Positions 27,091 through 39,397 of a DNA stretch of 64,000 bases are shown piece by piece. The stretch is from an uncultured Rhodospirillales bacterium (GTDB taxonomy: Bacteria; Pseudomonadota; Alphaproteobacteria; Acetobacterales; Acetobacteraceae): assembly GCA_903864895.1 (NCBI GenBank), contig CAIPHQ010000167.1, forward strand, positions 277 to 64,276. The letters run 5' to 3'. The translations under genes and the position numbers were made by a program. Each line of letters opens with the position of its first letter. Positions within the stretch are counted from its first letter, which is position 1. A model generated the notes under the pieces. That model saw nothing but the letters and a program-made list of their open reading frames with translations, was not told where the DNA came from and did no database searches.

Positions 27091-27295
27091 CGCCCGTCTC
27101 TCCCCCGGTCATCGGCGCAAGCTTGCCGCCACCCCGGCGGATGGGCAACAAGCGGCCTGACGATTCCCGGCTTGCCGCCGGGGATGTGAAGCCCCATATC
27201 CCGGCAGACGCGGGGTAAATCTGGATTGTGAGCCGTCCAATCCTTCGCCGGGCACGTTTTGTGCGCCTCCGGAGCCAGCCCGACCGGAGATTTCA

Positions 27296-28336
27296 ATGAA
27301 AACCAGCCCACGCACGACGCCCCCCGGCGCCGATTTCGACAAGCGCGCATTGCAGGCGGCCCTGGCGCCGCATCAGGCCCCGGTGCTGGGCCGCAGCCTC
27401 GGCCAGATTGCCTCCACGTTCCTGCCGTTCTTTGCCGTGGTGGCAGCGATGTATCTGTTGCGCGGCGTCTCGGTGTGGCTGACGCTGGCGCTGAGCCTGC
27501 CCGCCGCCGGGCTGATCGTGCGGATTTTCATCATCCAGCACGATTGCGGCCACGGTGCGTTCTTCCGCAACCGCACCGCCAACATGTGGGTGGGGCGGTT
27601 TTGCAGCCTGTTCACCATGACGCCCTATGCCCACTGGCGCCGTCACCACTCGGTGCATCACGCGGAATGGAACAATCTGGATCTGCGCGATCGCGGCGCC
27701 GACATCTACTCCACCATCCTGACCGTGGCGGAATACCGCGCGCTGCCGCCGCTGCGCCGCGCCGGCTACCGGGTGCTGGTGCATCCGCTGGTGGCGCAAG
27801 TGCTGCTGCCGCCGGTGGTGTTCATGCTGCTGTTCCGCATCCCGTTTGACACGCCGCGCGCCTGGCGCAAGGAAATCTGGAGCGTGCTGCTGACCGATCT
27901 GGGGCTGGCAGGCTTGTTCACCGTGCTGGTGCTGCTGCTGGGCGCAGGGCCGGTGGCGCTGGTGCAACTGCCGACGATGGCCATGGCAGCGATTCTGGGC
28001 GTCAGCCTGTTCTCGGTGCAGCATCGCTTCGAACATGCTTTGTGGGCCCGTCAGGCGGACTGGACGCCCGCCGGGGCGGCATTGCTGGGCAGTTCGTATC
28101 TGCACCTGCCGCGCGTGCTGCAATGGTTCAGCGGCAATATCGGCTTTCACCACATGCATCATCTGCTGCCGCGGGTGCCGAACTACCGGCTGGAAGCCTG
28201 CCACCGCGCCTGCGCCGGTATGGCCCCGGCCGCGCCGCCGATGTCGTTCTGGCAGGCATGGCGCGCGCCCGGCTATGCGCTGTGGGATGAGGACAAGGCA
28301 CGGCTGGTGCGCTTTGCCGATCTGCGCGCGGCGTAA
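27296..28336 (+). CDS. fatty acid desaturase family protein
   Basis: His boxes HDCGHG, HHSVHH and HHMHH. Four or more hydrophobic helices. 346 aa. Confidence 0.8.
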   Translation: MKTSPRTTPPGADFDKRALQAALAPHQAPVLGRSLGQIASTFLPFFAVVAAMYLLRGVSVWLTLALSLPAAGLIVRIFIIQHDCGHGAFFRNRTANMWVGRFCSLFTMTPYAHWRRHHSVHHAEWNNLDLRDRGADIYSTILTVAEYRALPPLRRAGYRVLVHPLVAQVLLPPVVFMLLFRIPFDTPRAWRKEIWSVLLTDLGLAGLFTVLVLLLGAGPVALVQLPTMAMAAILGVSLFSVQHRFEHALWARQADWTPAGAALLGSSYLHLPRVLQWFSGNIGFHHMHHLLPRVPNYRLEACHRACAGMAPAAPPMSFWQAWRAPGYALWDEDKARLVRFADLRAA

Positions 28337-28353
28337 TTTAGCAGTCCGTGCGG

Positions 28354-28382
28354 CTTGCATCTGCGTGGCCGCCCTGCCATTT
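28354..28382 (+). promoter_or_regulatory. weak sigma32-like promoter candidate upstream of small ORF/groESL
   Basis: CTTGCA (28354-28359), a 17-nt spacer, then CCATTT (28377-28382). This only partially matches CTTGAA-N17-CCCCATNT. Confidence 0.2.
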
Positions 28383-28577
28383 GCTGCTGTGTGATCTGGC
28401 GCGGCGGGCCATTTGGCCAAACGCACGGCCAGATGTTCCCGGCAACACGCCATGTCTTGCGAACGGCCCGCGCCCGCGCGCGTGCGTTCGCGCATTGCCG
28501 TGCCGGACCGGCTGGGCGCGATCCCAGCAAACGCGCCCCGGCACTGTTGGCCGCGGCCAACAGGAACAGGAAGTGTC

Positions 28578-28718
28578 ATGGCCAAAGGACAGATGCGGAG
28601 CAACCGCGAGGCCAAGAAACCCAAGGGTGGCAACAAGAAACCCGCCGCTACCGTGGCCGCCGCCGAGGCGCGCAGCGCGCAGACCACCAAATCCATCGCG
28701 TTGAAAAACCCGAAATAA
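28578..28718 (+). CDS. small basic protein (46 aa), conserved-hypothetical type
   Basis: AGGAAG lies 4 nt upstream of the ATG. MAKGQMRSNREAKKPKGGNKKP... resembles small Lys-rich ORFs I recall from other proteobacteria. The stop is 30 nt before groES. Confidence 0.5.
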   Translation: MAKGQMRSNREAKKPKGGNKKPAATVAAAEARSAQTTKSIALKNPK

Positions 28719-28748
28719 CCCAAACGTCGATTCCTGAAAGTTTGCAGC

Positions 28749-30666
<1,918 letters not shown>

Positions 30667-30692
30667 GCTGACACATTGCAGGGCAGGTCATC

Positions 30693-30893
30693 ATGGACAC
30701 GAAAGCCAAAACCACGCTGACCGGCCCTGCCATGACCCAGTACCAACAAATGCGTGAAGCCGCCCGCGCCGCCGCTGCGGCGGCGGTGGGCGGCTCTTCG
30801 CTGGCGATGGAATCGACCCTCGCGGCCATCTCGGAAGAAGTGACCGAGGAAGCTGTCGAGAAGCGGCGTCTGGCCGCGCTGGGGCGCCTTTAA
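30693..30893 (+). CDS. hypothetical small protein (66 aa)
   Basis: ORF only. Weak RBS, Ala-rich, and overlaps the convergent SDR stop by 4 nt. Confidence 0.2.
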   Translation: MDTKAKTTLTGPAMTQYQQMREAARAAAAAAVGGSSLAMESTLAAISEEVTEEAVEKRRLAALGRL

Positions 30894-31663
30894 CTCACGC
30901 CCAGCCGGGCAATCAGCCCGCCATCGACCAGATAGTCGCCGCCGGAGCAGAAACTGCCGCGCGGCCCGGCGAGGAAGGCGATCATTTCCGCCACTTCCTC
31001 GGGTTCGGCGATGCGGCCAATCGGGTGGGCCGCGCCGAAACGGCGGAACACCGCCTCGATATCCGCATCCTCCCCGTCGAATTTGCGCGCCGCCATTTCC
31101 AGAATGGGCGTGCGCACCGAACCGGGGCTGACCGAGTTCACCCGGATGCCGTCCGAAGCATGGTCGAGCGCCATCGCCCGCGTGAGCGCATGGATGGCCC
31201 CCTTGGTCGCCACATAGGCGGCCACGCCTTGCTGGCAGGCATGGCCCTGCACGGACGCCACATTCACAATCGTCCCGCCGCCGCGCCTGCGCAGTTCCGG
31301 CACGCCGAAATGCGCGGTCAGGTAAATTCCGCCGATATTCACCGCCATGGTGCGCGCCCATGTGGCCGGGTCGGTGCTTTCCACCGTGCCATAGGGGTGG
31401 ATGGCCGCCGAATTGACGATGATGTCGAGCCCCCCGAAGGCGCCCACTGCCGCCGCCACGGCCGCCTGCACGGCGGCGGGGTCGGAGATGTCGGACTCGC
31501 GCACCACGATGCCCGGCAGTTCGGCCTGCAAAGCGGCGTTGGCCGCCTTGTCGATGCCGCAGGCCAGCACCTGCGCGCCCGCCCGCGCCAGATGCGCGGC
31601 GGTGGCGCGGGCGATGCCCGATGTGCCGGTGATCATTGCGGCCTTGCCCGCGAATTCGCCCAT
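30890..31663 (-). CDS. short-chain dehydrogenase/reductase (SDR)
   Basis: TGTSGIA cofactor motif (TGxxxGxG variant), NSAA, and catalytic YxxxK (YVATK). Start at MGEFAGKAAMITG. Confidence 0.8.
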   Translation of the reverse strand: MGEFAGKAAMITGTSGIARATAAHLARAGAQVLACGIDKAANAALQAELPGIVVRESDISDPAAVQAAVAAAVGAFGGLDIIVNSAAIHPYGTVESTDPATWARTMAVNIGGIYLTAHFGVPELRRRGGGTIVNVASVQGHACQQGVAAYVATKGAIHALTRAMALDHASDGIRVNSVSPGSVRTPILEMAARKFDGEDADIEAVFRRFGAAHPIGRIAEPEEVAEMIAFLAGPRGSFCSGGDYLVDGGLIARLGVS

Positions 31664-31748
31664 CGTGCCGTCCTTCCTGCCCTGTTGCCGCACAGGCTAG
31701 CTTGCCGGCGTTCCGGCAACTAGCGTCCGGCTAACACGGGGGGAAACC

Positions 31749-32981
31749 ATGCGGCGGCCGAAAATCACCGATCTGCGCGCGACAACCGTCACGGTGCCGC
31801 TGGAAGCGCCGCTGCGCCACGCCAACGGCGCGCATTGGGGCCGCTTTGTGCGTACCATCGTCGAGGTGGAAACCGATACCGGCCTGATCGGGCTGGGTGA
31901 GATGGGCGGCGGCGGCGAGAGTGCCGAGGCGGCCTTTCGCGGGCTGCGCAGCTACCTGATCGGGCATGATCCGTTCGAACTCGAAGCCCTGCGCTTCAAG
32001 ATCTGCAACCCCACGGCCAGCCTGTACAACAACCGCACCCAGATGCACGCGGCCATCGAGTTCGCCTGTCTGGACATTTGCGGCCACACGCTGGGCGTGC
32101 CGGTGCATGACCTGCTGGGCGGCAAGGTACGTGAAACCGTGCCCTTCGCCAGCTATCTGTTCTTCCGCTACCCGGATGCACAGGGCCGCCATGAGGTCCG
32201 CAGCGCCGAACAACTGGTGGCCCATGCAAGCGCGCTGAAACAGCAATACGGCTTCACCGTCCACAAGCTGAAAGGCGGCGTATTCCCGCCCGCGCATGAA
32301 CTGGCCTGCATGCGGGCGCTGGGGGCAGCGTTCCCCGATGACAAGCTGCGCTACGACCCGAACGCAGCGCTGAGCGTGGAGGAGGCCATAAGTTTCGGCC
32401 GTGCCATCGAAGACCTCAACAACGACTATTACGAAGACCCCACCTGGGGCCTGAACGGCATGCGCCGCCTGCGCCGCGACGTGCGGATTCCGCTGGCCAC
32501 CAACACGGTGGTGGTGAATTTCGAACAACTCGCCGCCAACATCCTCGACCCGGCGGTGGATGTGATCCTGCTGGACACCACGTTCTGGGGCGGCATCCGC
32601 CCCTGCATCAAGGCGGCGGGGGTGTGCGAGACGTTCCAGCTTGGCATCGCGGTGCATTCATCCGGCGAACTGGGCATCCAGCTGGCCAGCATGCTGCATC
32701 TGGGCGCGGTGGTGCCCAATCTGGCGCACGCGGCAGACGCGCATTATCACCATCTGCTGGACGATGTGATCGTGGGCGGCAAGCTGCGCTACGAGAACGG
32801 CGCCATCGCGGTGCCGAAAGGCCCCGGATTGGGCGTGGCGCTGGACCGCGCCAAGCTGGCCGAATACGCCGAATTGTACCGCGAGGTGGGCGGCTACCCG
32901 TATGACCGCGATCCGGGCCGCCCCGGCTGGTATCCGCTGCTGCCGAATACCGATTGGGCGGACCCGAACGCGGTGCCATAG
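31749..32981 (+). CDS. enolase-superfamily enzyme (glucarate dehydratase-related / mandelate racemase family)
   Basis: 410 aa. [24 protein letters not shown] and YYEDP metal-ligand regions are typical of GudD-like proteins. Confidence 0.75.
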   Translation: MRRPKITDLRATTVTVPLEAPLRHANGAHWGRFVRTIVEVETDTGLIGLGEMGGGGESAEAAFRGLRSYLIGHDPFELEALRFKICNPTASLYNNRTQMHAAIEFACLDICGHTLGVPVHDLLGGKVRETVPFASYLFFRYPDAQGRHEVRSAEQLVAHASALKQQYGFTVHKLKGGVFPPAHELACMRALGAAFPDDKLRYDPNAALSVEEAISFGRAIEDLNNDYYEDPTWGLNGMRRLRRDVRIPLATNTVVVNFEQLAANILDPAVDVILLDTTFWGGIRPCIKAAGVCETFQLGIAVHSSGELGIQLASMLHLGAVVPNLAHAADAHYHHLLDDVIVGGKLRYENGAIAVPKGPGLGVALDRAKLAEYAELYREVGGYPYDRDPGRPGWYPLLPNTDWADPNAVP

Positions 32982-32986
32982 CCGGC

Positions 32987-35200
32987 TCAGGCGGCCTTGC
33001 GCGCAGCCGCCTGCGGCCCGATCAGCCCGCCCAATGCTGCCGCCGTGGCTGCGCCGGCGGGAAACTGCACGTGCAGCACGCCGTCGCGCGCATTCACCAC
33101 CCGGCCCGGCAAGGGCTGGGCAGACAGCCCGGCCACGGTGGTTTCCTGCCCCACCGGCAACCCGGCGTCGCTGGCAATGGCCGCCCCCCCGGCGGAGATA
33201 TTGCGCACCCGCCCCGCTTGCGGCGCGCCGCCCGGCACGGTCAGCGTGACGGCGCGGTCGATCTCGAAGCGCTGATGCGCCCGGCGCTCATTGGCGTCGG
33301 CCATGTCGCGCAGGAACCCCTCGATTTCCTCACGCAGCTTTTGCGCCTGTGCCGACATGCCGCTGGCCGATTGCAGCAGGGATTGCGCCGACTCGCCGGT
33401 GGCGGTGGCTTCGGCGCGCACGGTGGCGATGCCGTCCGACACCGCGCCGGTGCAGCGCGCCGATTCATGCACGCTGCGGCTGATCTCCCCGGTGGCGGCG
33501 TGCTGTTCAGACACGGCGGCGGCGATGGCGCTGCTGCTGGATTCCACGTTGCGCACCAGATCGGCCATGCCGCGAATGATCCGCGCCGCGTCGGCGGCGG
33601 ATTTGCCCACCGCGCCCAGCCGCCCGGCAATGTCGCTGGTGGCGTTGGCAGTCTGGGTGGCCAGCGTTTTCACCTCCTGCGCCACCACGGCGAAGCCCTT
33701 CCCGGCCTCACCGGCACGGGCGGCCTCGATGGTGGCGTTCAGCGCCAGCAGATTGGTCTGCCGGGCAATGCCGCCGATGAAATCCACCACCTGTGAGGTG
33801 CCCGCCATCACGCTGGTCAGGTCGTTCACCAGGGCGCGCGCCATCTCCGCCTGCTCCACCACGCCTTGTGTGGCGCGGGCGGCGGTTTCCACCTGGGCGG
33901 CGATTTCGCGGCTGGAGGCGGACAACTGCTCGGTCGCCGCCGCCACGGTGCCCGCGTTCTGGGTGGCGACGGCCGCACTGGATTCCACCACGCCCGATTG
34001 CGCCGTCGTGCGCTCGGCCCGCCCGGCCAGTTCACTGGCCACGCCGCGCAACGCCAGCGCCTCGGCAGCCACGCGTTGCAACTGACCGCTGATGGCAGCG
34101 TGAAACGCCCGCGTCAGCCGGTCGGAGGCTTCCTGCCGCGTGCGGAAGCCCTCGGCGGCGCGCGCCTCGGCCTCCTGCCGCGCCCGGTTTTCCAGCAGGG
34201 CGGTGCGAAACACCGCCAGCGCACGGGCCAGATCGGCCAGTTCAGCAGCACCCTGGCCCACCGGCACCGGCGTATCCAGATTGCCGCTGGCCAGTTCCGC
34301 CGTGGTCCGGGTCAGGCCGGTCAGCGGACGGATCACCGCACGCCGCGCCACCAGCAGCACGGCGGCGGCGGCCAGCAGGAACAGCGCAAAGCTGACCACG
34401 AAATTGCGCAGCTTGGCGGTTTCCAGCCCCTCCACCCGCGCGGCCAGCAAATGTTCCAGTTCGCTCGCCGCCAGTGCTGCGAATTGCGCCGTGGCGGTCA
34501 GCATGGGCCGCGCATCCGCCTTGCCGCCCGGGGTTTGCAGGGCGGCCATCAGCGCTTCGGCCCGCTGGCGCAACGCCGCCGCCGGATCCTGCAACGCCAC
34601 GGTCAGGCGGCCATCGGCGTTGTAATGCAGGGCCGAGCCCAGTGACGCGCCGAGCGAGTCCAGCACGCTGCGGAACCCGCCGATCTTTTCCGGCAGCCCG
34701 GTCCCGGCGGCCCCGCCGCCCATGTCCGCCGTGCGATCCAGCAAGTCAGGAAGGCGGTTCAGCGCCGCGTCGGTCAGGTAATAACTGTCCAGCACGTTAT
34801 CGAGAATGAGGTTGGAGTGGTCGCCCACCAGCCCGATCAGGGCGCGCAGTTCCGCCTGCGCGGCCGCCCGGTCCGGCCCGGCCAGCGCGCGGGCGGCTTT
34901 GTCGAAGCCGGTGGCAACGTCCAGCCGCGCTGCTTCCCCGGCCAGTTGCGTGTGCAGAGTGTGCAGCTTGGGAGCTGGAAGTGGCGTGCCGTCCAGCACC
35001 GCCATGTTCATGTCCGCCTGCACCACCAGCAGCCCGCGCAGCAGCCGCACCCCGTCCAGTTCGCGGCTGGCGAAGCGGATATCGGCGTTTTCCTGTGCGG
35101 TCAGCAGCCAGATCAGGTAGCCGACCGGAAACAGGAACAACAGCGCCGCCAGACCCAGTCGCGGGCCGGCGCGCAAGGACACTCTGCCGAACTCTGCCAT
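32987..35200 (-). CDS. methyl-accepting chemotaxis protein with C-terminal PilZ domain
   Basis: ATG 35200 (MAEFGRVSL..). Two TM segments flank a ~260-aa periplasmic region. HAMP domain, then MCP signalling hairpin (..[28 protein letters not shown]..). C-terminal RRAHQRF...[11 protein letters not shown] matches PilZ RxxxR / (D/N)xSxxG. The upstream 288 codons of the listed ORF are spurious. Confidence 0.85.
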   Translation of the reverse strand: MAEFGRVSLRAGPRLGLAALLFLFPVGYLIWLLTAQENADIRFASRELDGVRLLRGLLVVQADMNMAVLDGTPLPAPKLHTLHTQLAGEAARLDVATGFDKAARALAGPDRAAAQAELRALIGLVGDHSNLILDNVLDSYYLTDAALNRLPDLLDRTADMGGGAAGTGLPEKIGGFRSVLDSLGASLGSALHYNADGRLTVALQDPAAALRQRAEALMAALQTPGGKADARPMLTATAQFAALAASELEHLLAARVEGLETAKLRNFVVSFALFLLAAAAVLLVARRAVIRPLTGLTRTTAELASGNLDTPVPVGQGAAELADLARALAVFRTALLENRARQEAEARAAEGFRTRQEASDRLTRAFHAAISGQLQRVAAEALALRGVASELAGRAERTTAQSGVVESSAAVATQNAGTVAAATEQLSASSREIAAQVETAARATQGVVEQAEMARALVNDLTSVMAGTSQVVDFIGGIARQTNLLALNATIEAARAGEAGKGFAVVAQEVKTLATQTANATSDIAGRLGAVGKSAADAARIIRGMADLVRNVESSSSAIAAAVSEQHAATGEISRSVHESARCTGAVSDGIATVRAEATATGESAQSLLQSASGMSAQAQKLREEIEGFLRDMADANERRAHQRFEIDRAVTLTVPGGAPQAGRVRNISAGGAAIASDAGLPVGQETTVAGLSAQPLPGRVVNARDGVLHVQFPAGAATAAALGGLIGPQAAARKAA

Positions 35201-35292
35201 TGTTACCCCTACCCCATTGCATGCGGCGCCGTGGCGCCTGCGTTGGAGTCTGGCTAACGGGGTGAGGTTAACATTGTGTGGGCAGCGCCCGA

Positions 35293-36426
35293 TCAGAACG
35301 GCATGAACTGCCAGCCGCCCGCGCGGTCGGCCAGCCACCCCAGCGCCAGCAGCGCCGCCGCGCCGGACGCGCCGGGCAGCAGCGCGCGGCGGGCCAGCCC
35401 GGCGTGGCCCATCAGCCAGCCTACGGGCAGCAGCAGCGCGGCCAGCGCCAGTTGGGCGGCTTCCAGCCCCAGATTGAACGCCAGCAGCGCCACGGCCAGG
35501 GCTCCGGGCGGCAGATGCAGCGGCCCCAGCGTGGCGGCGTAGCCGAAGCCGTGGATCAGCCCGAACCCGAACGCCAGCGCCCAGCGCGGGCCGGGCAGAA
35601 ACGGGCGGATATTGTCCAGCGCCGTCAACAAAATGGTCAGCGCGATGGCACCGTCCACCATCGCGGGCGGAAGACTCAGCACGCCCAGCACGGCGCTGCC
35701 CAACGTCAGGGCGTGCGCGGCGGTGAAGGCGCTGAACACGACGGCCGCCGACCGGAACGCTGCCCACCCGCCAGCACCGCCACCCGGCCCGCCGCGCCAC
35801 AGCAGCGCAGGCAGCAGCAGCATGGCGGCGAACAGCAGATGGTCCGGCCCGGTCAGCAGATGCGCCGCCCCGGTCAGAAAGAACCGCCCGAACGAACCGG
35901 CCAGCCCCGCCTGCCCGTCGAACGTGGCGGCGGGGCGGGCGGGGGAGAGTGCGAGTGCCTGCACCGCACCATCCACGCTCACCCGCAGCAGGCCGCGATG
36001 CAGTGGATCGCGGTCGAACAGCAGCCCGTAACGCACGCCAATCTGGCGCGGCGCGGCCGGGCACGCCGCTGTGAAGCGCAGTACGGCGTAGCCGCCATCG
36101 TTCAGCCGGTCGGCCAGCAGGGCCACCTTGCCGGGCGGGCAGGCCGCGCCATCGGCCTCCAGCCGCAGCCGGGCCAGTGCGTAGGCTTCGATGTCCGCCT
36201 GATGCGCCTGCACGGCGCCCCAGGTGAGTGCGCCGCTGCCCGTATCATCCAGCCCCACCACGTCATCCAGATCGCGCAAGGCGATGGACCACTGCACATC
36301 CAGCTTTGGCCCGTCTGCCGTGATGTCCAGATAGGCCGTGCTTGCGCTGTGCCCCCAAGCAGGGTGGATCCAGGCGGGGTTGGCCAGCAACAGCAGCAGG
36401 CACAGCGTCAGCAGGTGGCGCATCAT
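35293..36426 (-). CDS. HupE/UreJ-family membrane protein with ~190-aa N-terminal periplasmic extension
   Basis: Signal peptide [26 protein letters not shown]. The C-terminal half has HupE-like helices ([41 protein letters not shown]). Confidence 0.7.
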   Translation of the reverse strand: MMRHLLTLCLLLLLANPAWIHPAWGHSASTAYLDITADGPKLDVQWSIALRDLDDVVGLDDTGSGALTWGAVQAHQADIEAYALARLRLEADGAACPPGKVALLADRLNDGGYAVLRFTAACPAAPRQIGVRYGLLFDRDPLHRGLLRVSVDGAVQALALSPARPAATFDGQAGLAGSFGRFFLTGAAHLLTGPDHLLFAAMLLLPALLWRGGPGGGAGGWAAFRSAAVVFSAFTAAHALTLGSAVLGVLSLPPAMVDGAIALTILLTALDNIRPFLPGPRWALAFGFGLIHGFGYAATLGPLHLPPGALAVALLAFNLGLEAAQLALAALLLPVGWLMGHAGLARRALLPGASGAAALLALGWLADRAGGWQFMPF

Positions 36427-36436
36427 GGCGGCCTCC

Positions 36437-37666
36437 TCAGTTGGCGGCGTGACGGGCGGGGGCGAGCAGGCGGGTCAGGGCGGCGTCCTCGACATGATTG
36501 GTCCGCATCCAGCCCAGCGCGGCCTCGGCCTGCTCCGGTGCCCCGGCGGCGATGGCGGCTTCGATCAGGATGCGGGCGTCGGCGGGTTCGCGCTGCACTA
36601 GCCAGTTGGCCTGCGCCAGTGCCAGCGCCTCGGCAGGGCGGTGCAGCAGGGCGAGCGTGAAGCGGGCCTCCTCACGCCGGTGCACCGTCTCGCCGCGCAG
36701 GCGGGCCGTGTCGAAGCGGGCCTGCAAGTCGGCGGCGTGCGTGTCAAATTCCGCCAGCCCCAGCACCTGTTCGGCCAGCGCCAGCCGCAGCAGCAGCGGA
36801 TCGTTGCAGGTGAAGCCGCGTAGCAGGGCGGCAGCCTCGGCGGCACGATGCTGATCGAGCAGGAAATCGGCGTAGGCGCCGAGCAGGTAGCTGTCCTGCG
36901 GGTCGAGGCGCAGGGCGGCGGCGAAGTGCGCTTCGGCCGAAGCCGCATCGTCCAGCCGTACGGCGATTTCGGCGGCCAGCGTTTCAGCCCACAGCCGCAC
37001 CGGCACGGCATCCTCCGCCGCGTTGCGCAAGGCCACGCCCAGCGCCGCCTGCGCCAGCCGCGCATGTCCGGTCAGGCTGCTGACGGAAGCGGTGCAGATC
37101 ATCGATGCTGCGCCAGTGTCCAGCAGCGCCAGCTTGCCGCAATCCTCCAGCGCCGCCGGATAGGCGGCCTGCACGGTCTCGATACTGGCCCGCGTCAGAT
37201 AGGCCTGCGGCGTGCGCGGGGCGGCGGCCAGCAGGCGGGCGAGTGCGGCGCGCGCCCCGGCAAAATCATGCAGGCTCTGCCGCAGCACCGCGCGCAACAG
37301 CAGCACTTGGGGCGGCGTGTCCGGCCCATCAGGCCAGTGCGCCAGCGCCGCCTCGGCGCGGCCAAGATAGCGCGGATCAGCTTGCCGGCGGCCGATGGCC
37401 ATGTCCTGCGCCGCGGCTTGCAGGGCGAGGTCCAGATTATCCGGGCTGGCGGCGAGTTGCCGGTGCAAGCGCCGCGCGTCGCGGGCGGCGCTGTCGCCGG
37501 AGTCCGGGCGCTGCTCCAGCACCACCGCGTCGCTGGCGGGCACGAACGGGGTGGCACGGCACAGCCCGGGCAGCACCAGTGTGGCGGCAAGTACCAGCAG
37601 GGCGGGCAGGGGCCGGCGGCGCGGGGAAACCCCCGCGCCGCACTTGCCATGTGTGTCAGTGGTCAT
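36437..37666 (-). CDS. secreted TPR-like repeat protein
   Basis: Leader ..LPALLVLAATLVLPGLCRA. Ala/Leu-rich helical repeats (..AEAHFAAALRLDPQDSYLLGAYADFLL..). Its stop is 10 nt from the HupE-like start. Confidence 0.65.
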   Translation of the reverse strand: MTTDTHGKCGAGVSPRRRPLPALLVLAATLVLPGLCRATPFVPASDAVVLEQRPDSGDSAARDARRLHRQLAASPDNLDLALQAAAQDMAIGRRQADPRYLGRAEAALAHWPDGPDTPPQVLLLRAVLRQSLHDFAGARAALARLLAAAPRTPQAYLTRASIETVQAAYPAALEDCGKLALLDTGAASMICTASVSSLTGHARLAQAALGVALRNAAEDAVPVRLWAETLAAEIAVRLDDAASAEAHFAAALRLDPQDSYLLGAYADFLLDQHRAAEAAALLRGFTCNDPLLLRLALAEQVLGLAEFDTHAADLQARFDTARLRGETVHRREEARFTLALLHRPAEALALAQANWLVQREPADARILIEAAIAAGAPEQAEAALGWMRTNHVEDAALTRLLAPARHAAN

Positions 37667-37689
37667 GGCTGGCCTCCGTTACTGCCGGA

Positions 37690-39126
37690 TCAGGGCGAAC
37701 CGGCGAGCGGGGTGCGGATGTAGGGGAACGCGCCGTCGAAATAGCTCGCGTCCACATACGCACCGTCGGTGAAGTCCAGCCCGCCGGACGGGGCGTCCGC
37801 AGGGCTGCCGAACAGGCCCAGCGTGTACAGCCGCCCCATCGCCGCGCGCAGCGTGATATCCACCACGTCGTCGCCGGGGCGGCGGCCGTTGGGATAGCCC
37901 GCGTTGTCGCCGCCGATCACGCCCAGCCGGTTTTGCGTGGCGGCCGGGGTGGGCGGAATGCTGGTGTTCAGCCGCAGTTCCTCGCACGGCGTGCTCAGAT
38001 GCTGCGGTGCCGTCACGCCGGCGATGCCGGTCAGGAACACGCTCACCAGATCCTGCCGGGGGAACGCGGTCGGTGCCTTCACGCCCGCGCCGCCGAACAG
38101 AAGTTCCAGAATGGCCGGAAACGTCGGGTTGGTGACGTAGGTGGCAAACTGCGCGTCGTTGAACGGCACGCTGCTGTTCCAGCGGTCCTTGTCCTTCAGC
38201 CCGATCACCACTTCATTGACCAGCGGGCTGCCGAGGCGGGACTTCTGGTGTAGCGTGGTCGAGCCGTCGCTGGTCTTGATCATCTTGGACGCGGTGGTCC
38301 AGCCGCCGATCACCGGGTCGGTGCCGCTGGTCAGGCAGGCGGTGGGCACTTCCAGGATCATGGAGGTCACGTTGTCCCCGGCCAGCGTGTCCTGCGTTGA
38401 GTTGGAGTACTCATCGCCGATCGGGTTGGCGATGTTCACCAGATCGAAGGTCTGGCCCAGATTGACCACGAACGGGTCCTTGCGCTGGCCCGCAAACACG
38501 CGGCCCGCGCCACAGCCGGGAATGTTGATGTTGGCGATCATCGCCGAGGCATAGGCGGCATAGTTCGGCAGGGTCTTGTTGCCGATATTGTCGATGGGCT
38601 TGGAGAACACCGGCGAGCCGGTGGCAGAATTGATCAGCGGCGTGGCGCCGCTTTGCGTGATCATGGTTACCGTATAGGTTTCCAGCACGTTGGCGTTGGC
38701 ATTGTCGGTTGGGTCGCCACCGCGCCCGATCTGGCCGATTTCCAGCAACGGCTCGGCCACCTTCTTGCCGCCGATGTTCAGCTTCAGGTTGCGCTGGGTA
38801 TTGGTGAACTGAAACCGGAAGGTGATTTGCGGCAGCCCGGTTCCGGCGTTGTCGATATTGATGTCATAGACCGCTTCCGGGTCCATCAGGAAGTAGTTTG
38901 GGCCGCCGCCGGGAACCTGAAACGGCTGATAGTTGGCAATCAGCGTGGTGTAGTTGCTGCGCCCCGGCTCATAGCTGCGGAACATGTAGAAGTCGGTGCC
39001 GTCGATTCGCGGCGTGCCGGCCACCAGCGGGGCTTCGCGATGGCTAGATGCTTGCACATCCGAAATTGTGGCCATCGAAAGCACGCCAGCCGCCGCCAGT
39101 GTGGCGGCCAATCCTGTGTATCGCAT
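37690..39126 (-). CDS. DUF4331 family secreted protein
   Basis: GGAGGG RBS precedes ATG 39126. Signal peptide MRYTGLAATLAAAGVLSMATISDVQA. The mature N-terminus SSHREAPLVAGTPRIDGTDFYMFRSYEP...GGPNYF..DPEAVYDINIDN is the DUF4331 hallmark. Confidence 0.8.
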   Translation of the reverse strand: MRYTGLAATLAAAGVLSMATISDVQASSHREAPLVAGTPRIDGTDFYMFRSYEPGRSNYTTLIANYQPFQVPGGGPNYFLMDPEAVYDINIDNAGTGLPQITFRFQFTNTQRNLKLNIGGKKVAEPLLEIGQIGRGGDPTDNANANVLETYTVTMITQSGATPLINSATGSPVFSKPIDNIGNKTLPNYAAYASAMIANINIPGCGAGRVFAGQRKDPFVVNLGQTFDLVNIANPIGDEYSNSTQDTLAGDNVTSMILEVPTACLTSGTDPVIGGWTTASKMIKTSDGSTTLHQKSRLGSPLVNEVVIGLKDKDRWNSSVPFNDAQFATYVTNPTFPAILELLFGGAGVKAPTAFPRQDLVSVFLTGIAGVTAPQHLSTPCEELRLNTSIPPTPAATQNRLGVIGGDNAGYPNGRRPGDDVVDITLRAAMGRLYTLGLFGSPADAPSGGLDFTDGAYVDASYFDGAFPYIRTPLAGSP

Positions 39127-39236
39127 AAGTAATCCCTCCGCACGATCGGTTGGTGCCTCGCTGTCGGAGCGGGCATCGGGGATACCGGCCGTGCGGCAGG
39201 GCGGATGCAGCCTGCGGCGAATTTTTTTGGGGCGGT

Positions 39237-39377
39237 TCAGTGGCAGGCGTGGGGGTGCCAATAGCACCATCCGGGGGATGGTCCGGGGCGGACGGGTACC
39301 ACGATGCAGCCGCCCAAAGTGGCGGCCATGGCGAGCAGGCACAGCGGGGCGGCGAACCAGCGCAGGTGGTAGGGCAT
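39237..39377 (-). CDS. 46-aa lipoprotein with Cys/His-rich C-terminus
   Basis: GGAGG lies 5 nt upstream of the ATG. Lipobox LGGC in MPYHLRWFAAPLCLLAMAATLGGC. The mature ~25-aa peptide ends GWCYWHPHACH (2 Cys and 3 His in the last 9 residues). Confidence 0.55.
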   Translation of the reverse strand: MPYHLRWFAAPLCLLAMAATLGGCIVVPVRPGPSPGWCYWHPHACH

Positions 39378-39397
39378 GGGGCCTCCGTTCGGGCAAG

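Noticed and set aside
28337-28365. TTAGCAGTC resembling the left arm of the CIRCE (HrcA) operator upstream of groESL
   Set aside because: Nine nt downstream the sequence is TGCATCTGC, not GAGTGCTAA, so there is no inverted repeat and it is not a functional CIRCE.
28547-28560. 14-nt perfect palindrome TTGGCCGCGGCCAA 18 nt upstream of the small basic ORF
   Set aside because: Short GC palindromes of this type are expected by chance in about 70% GC DNA. There is no second copy or spacing pattern to support an operator.
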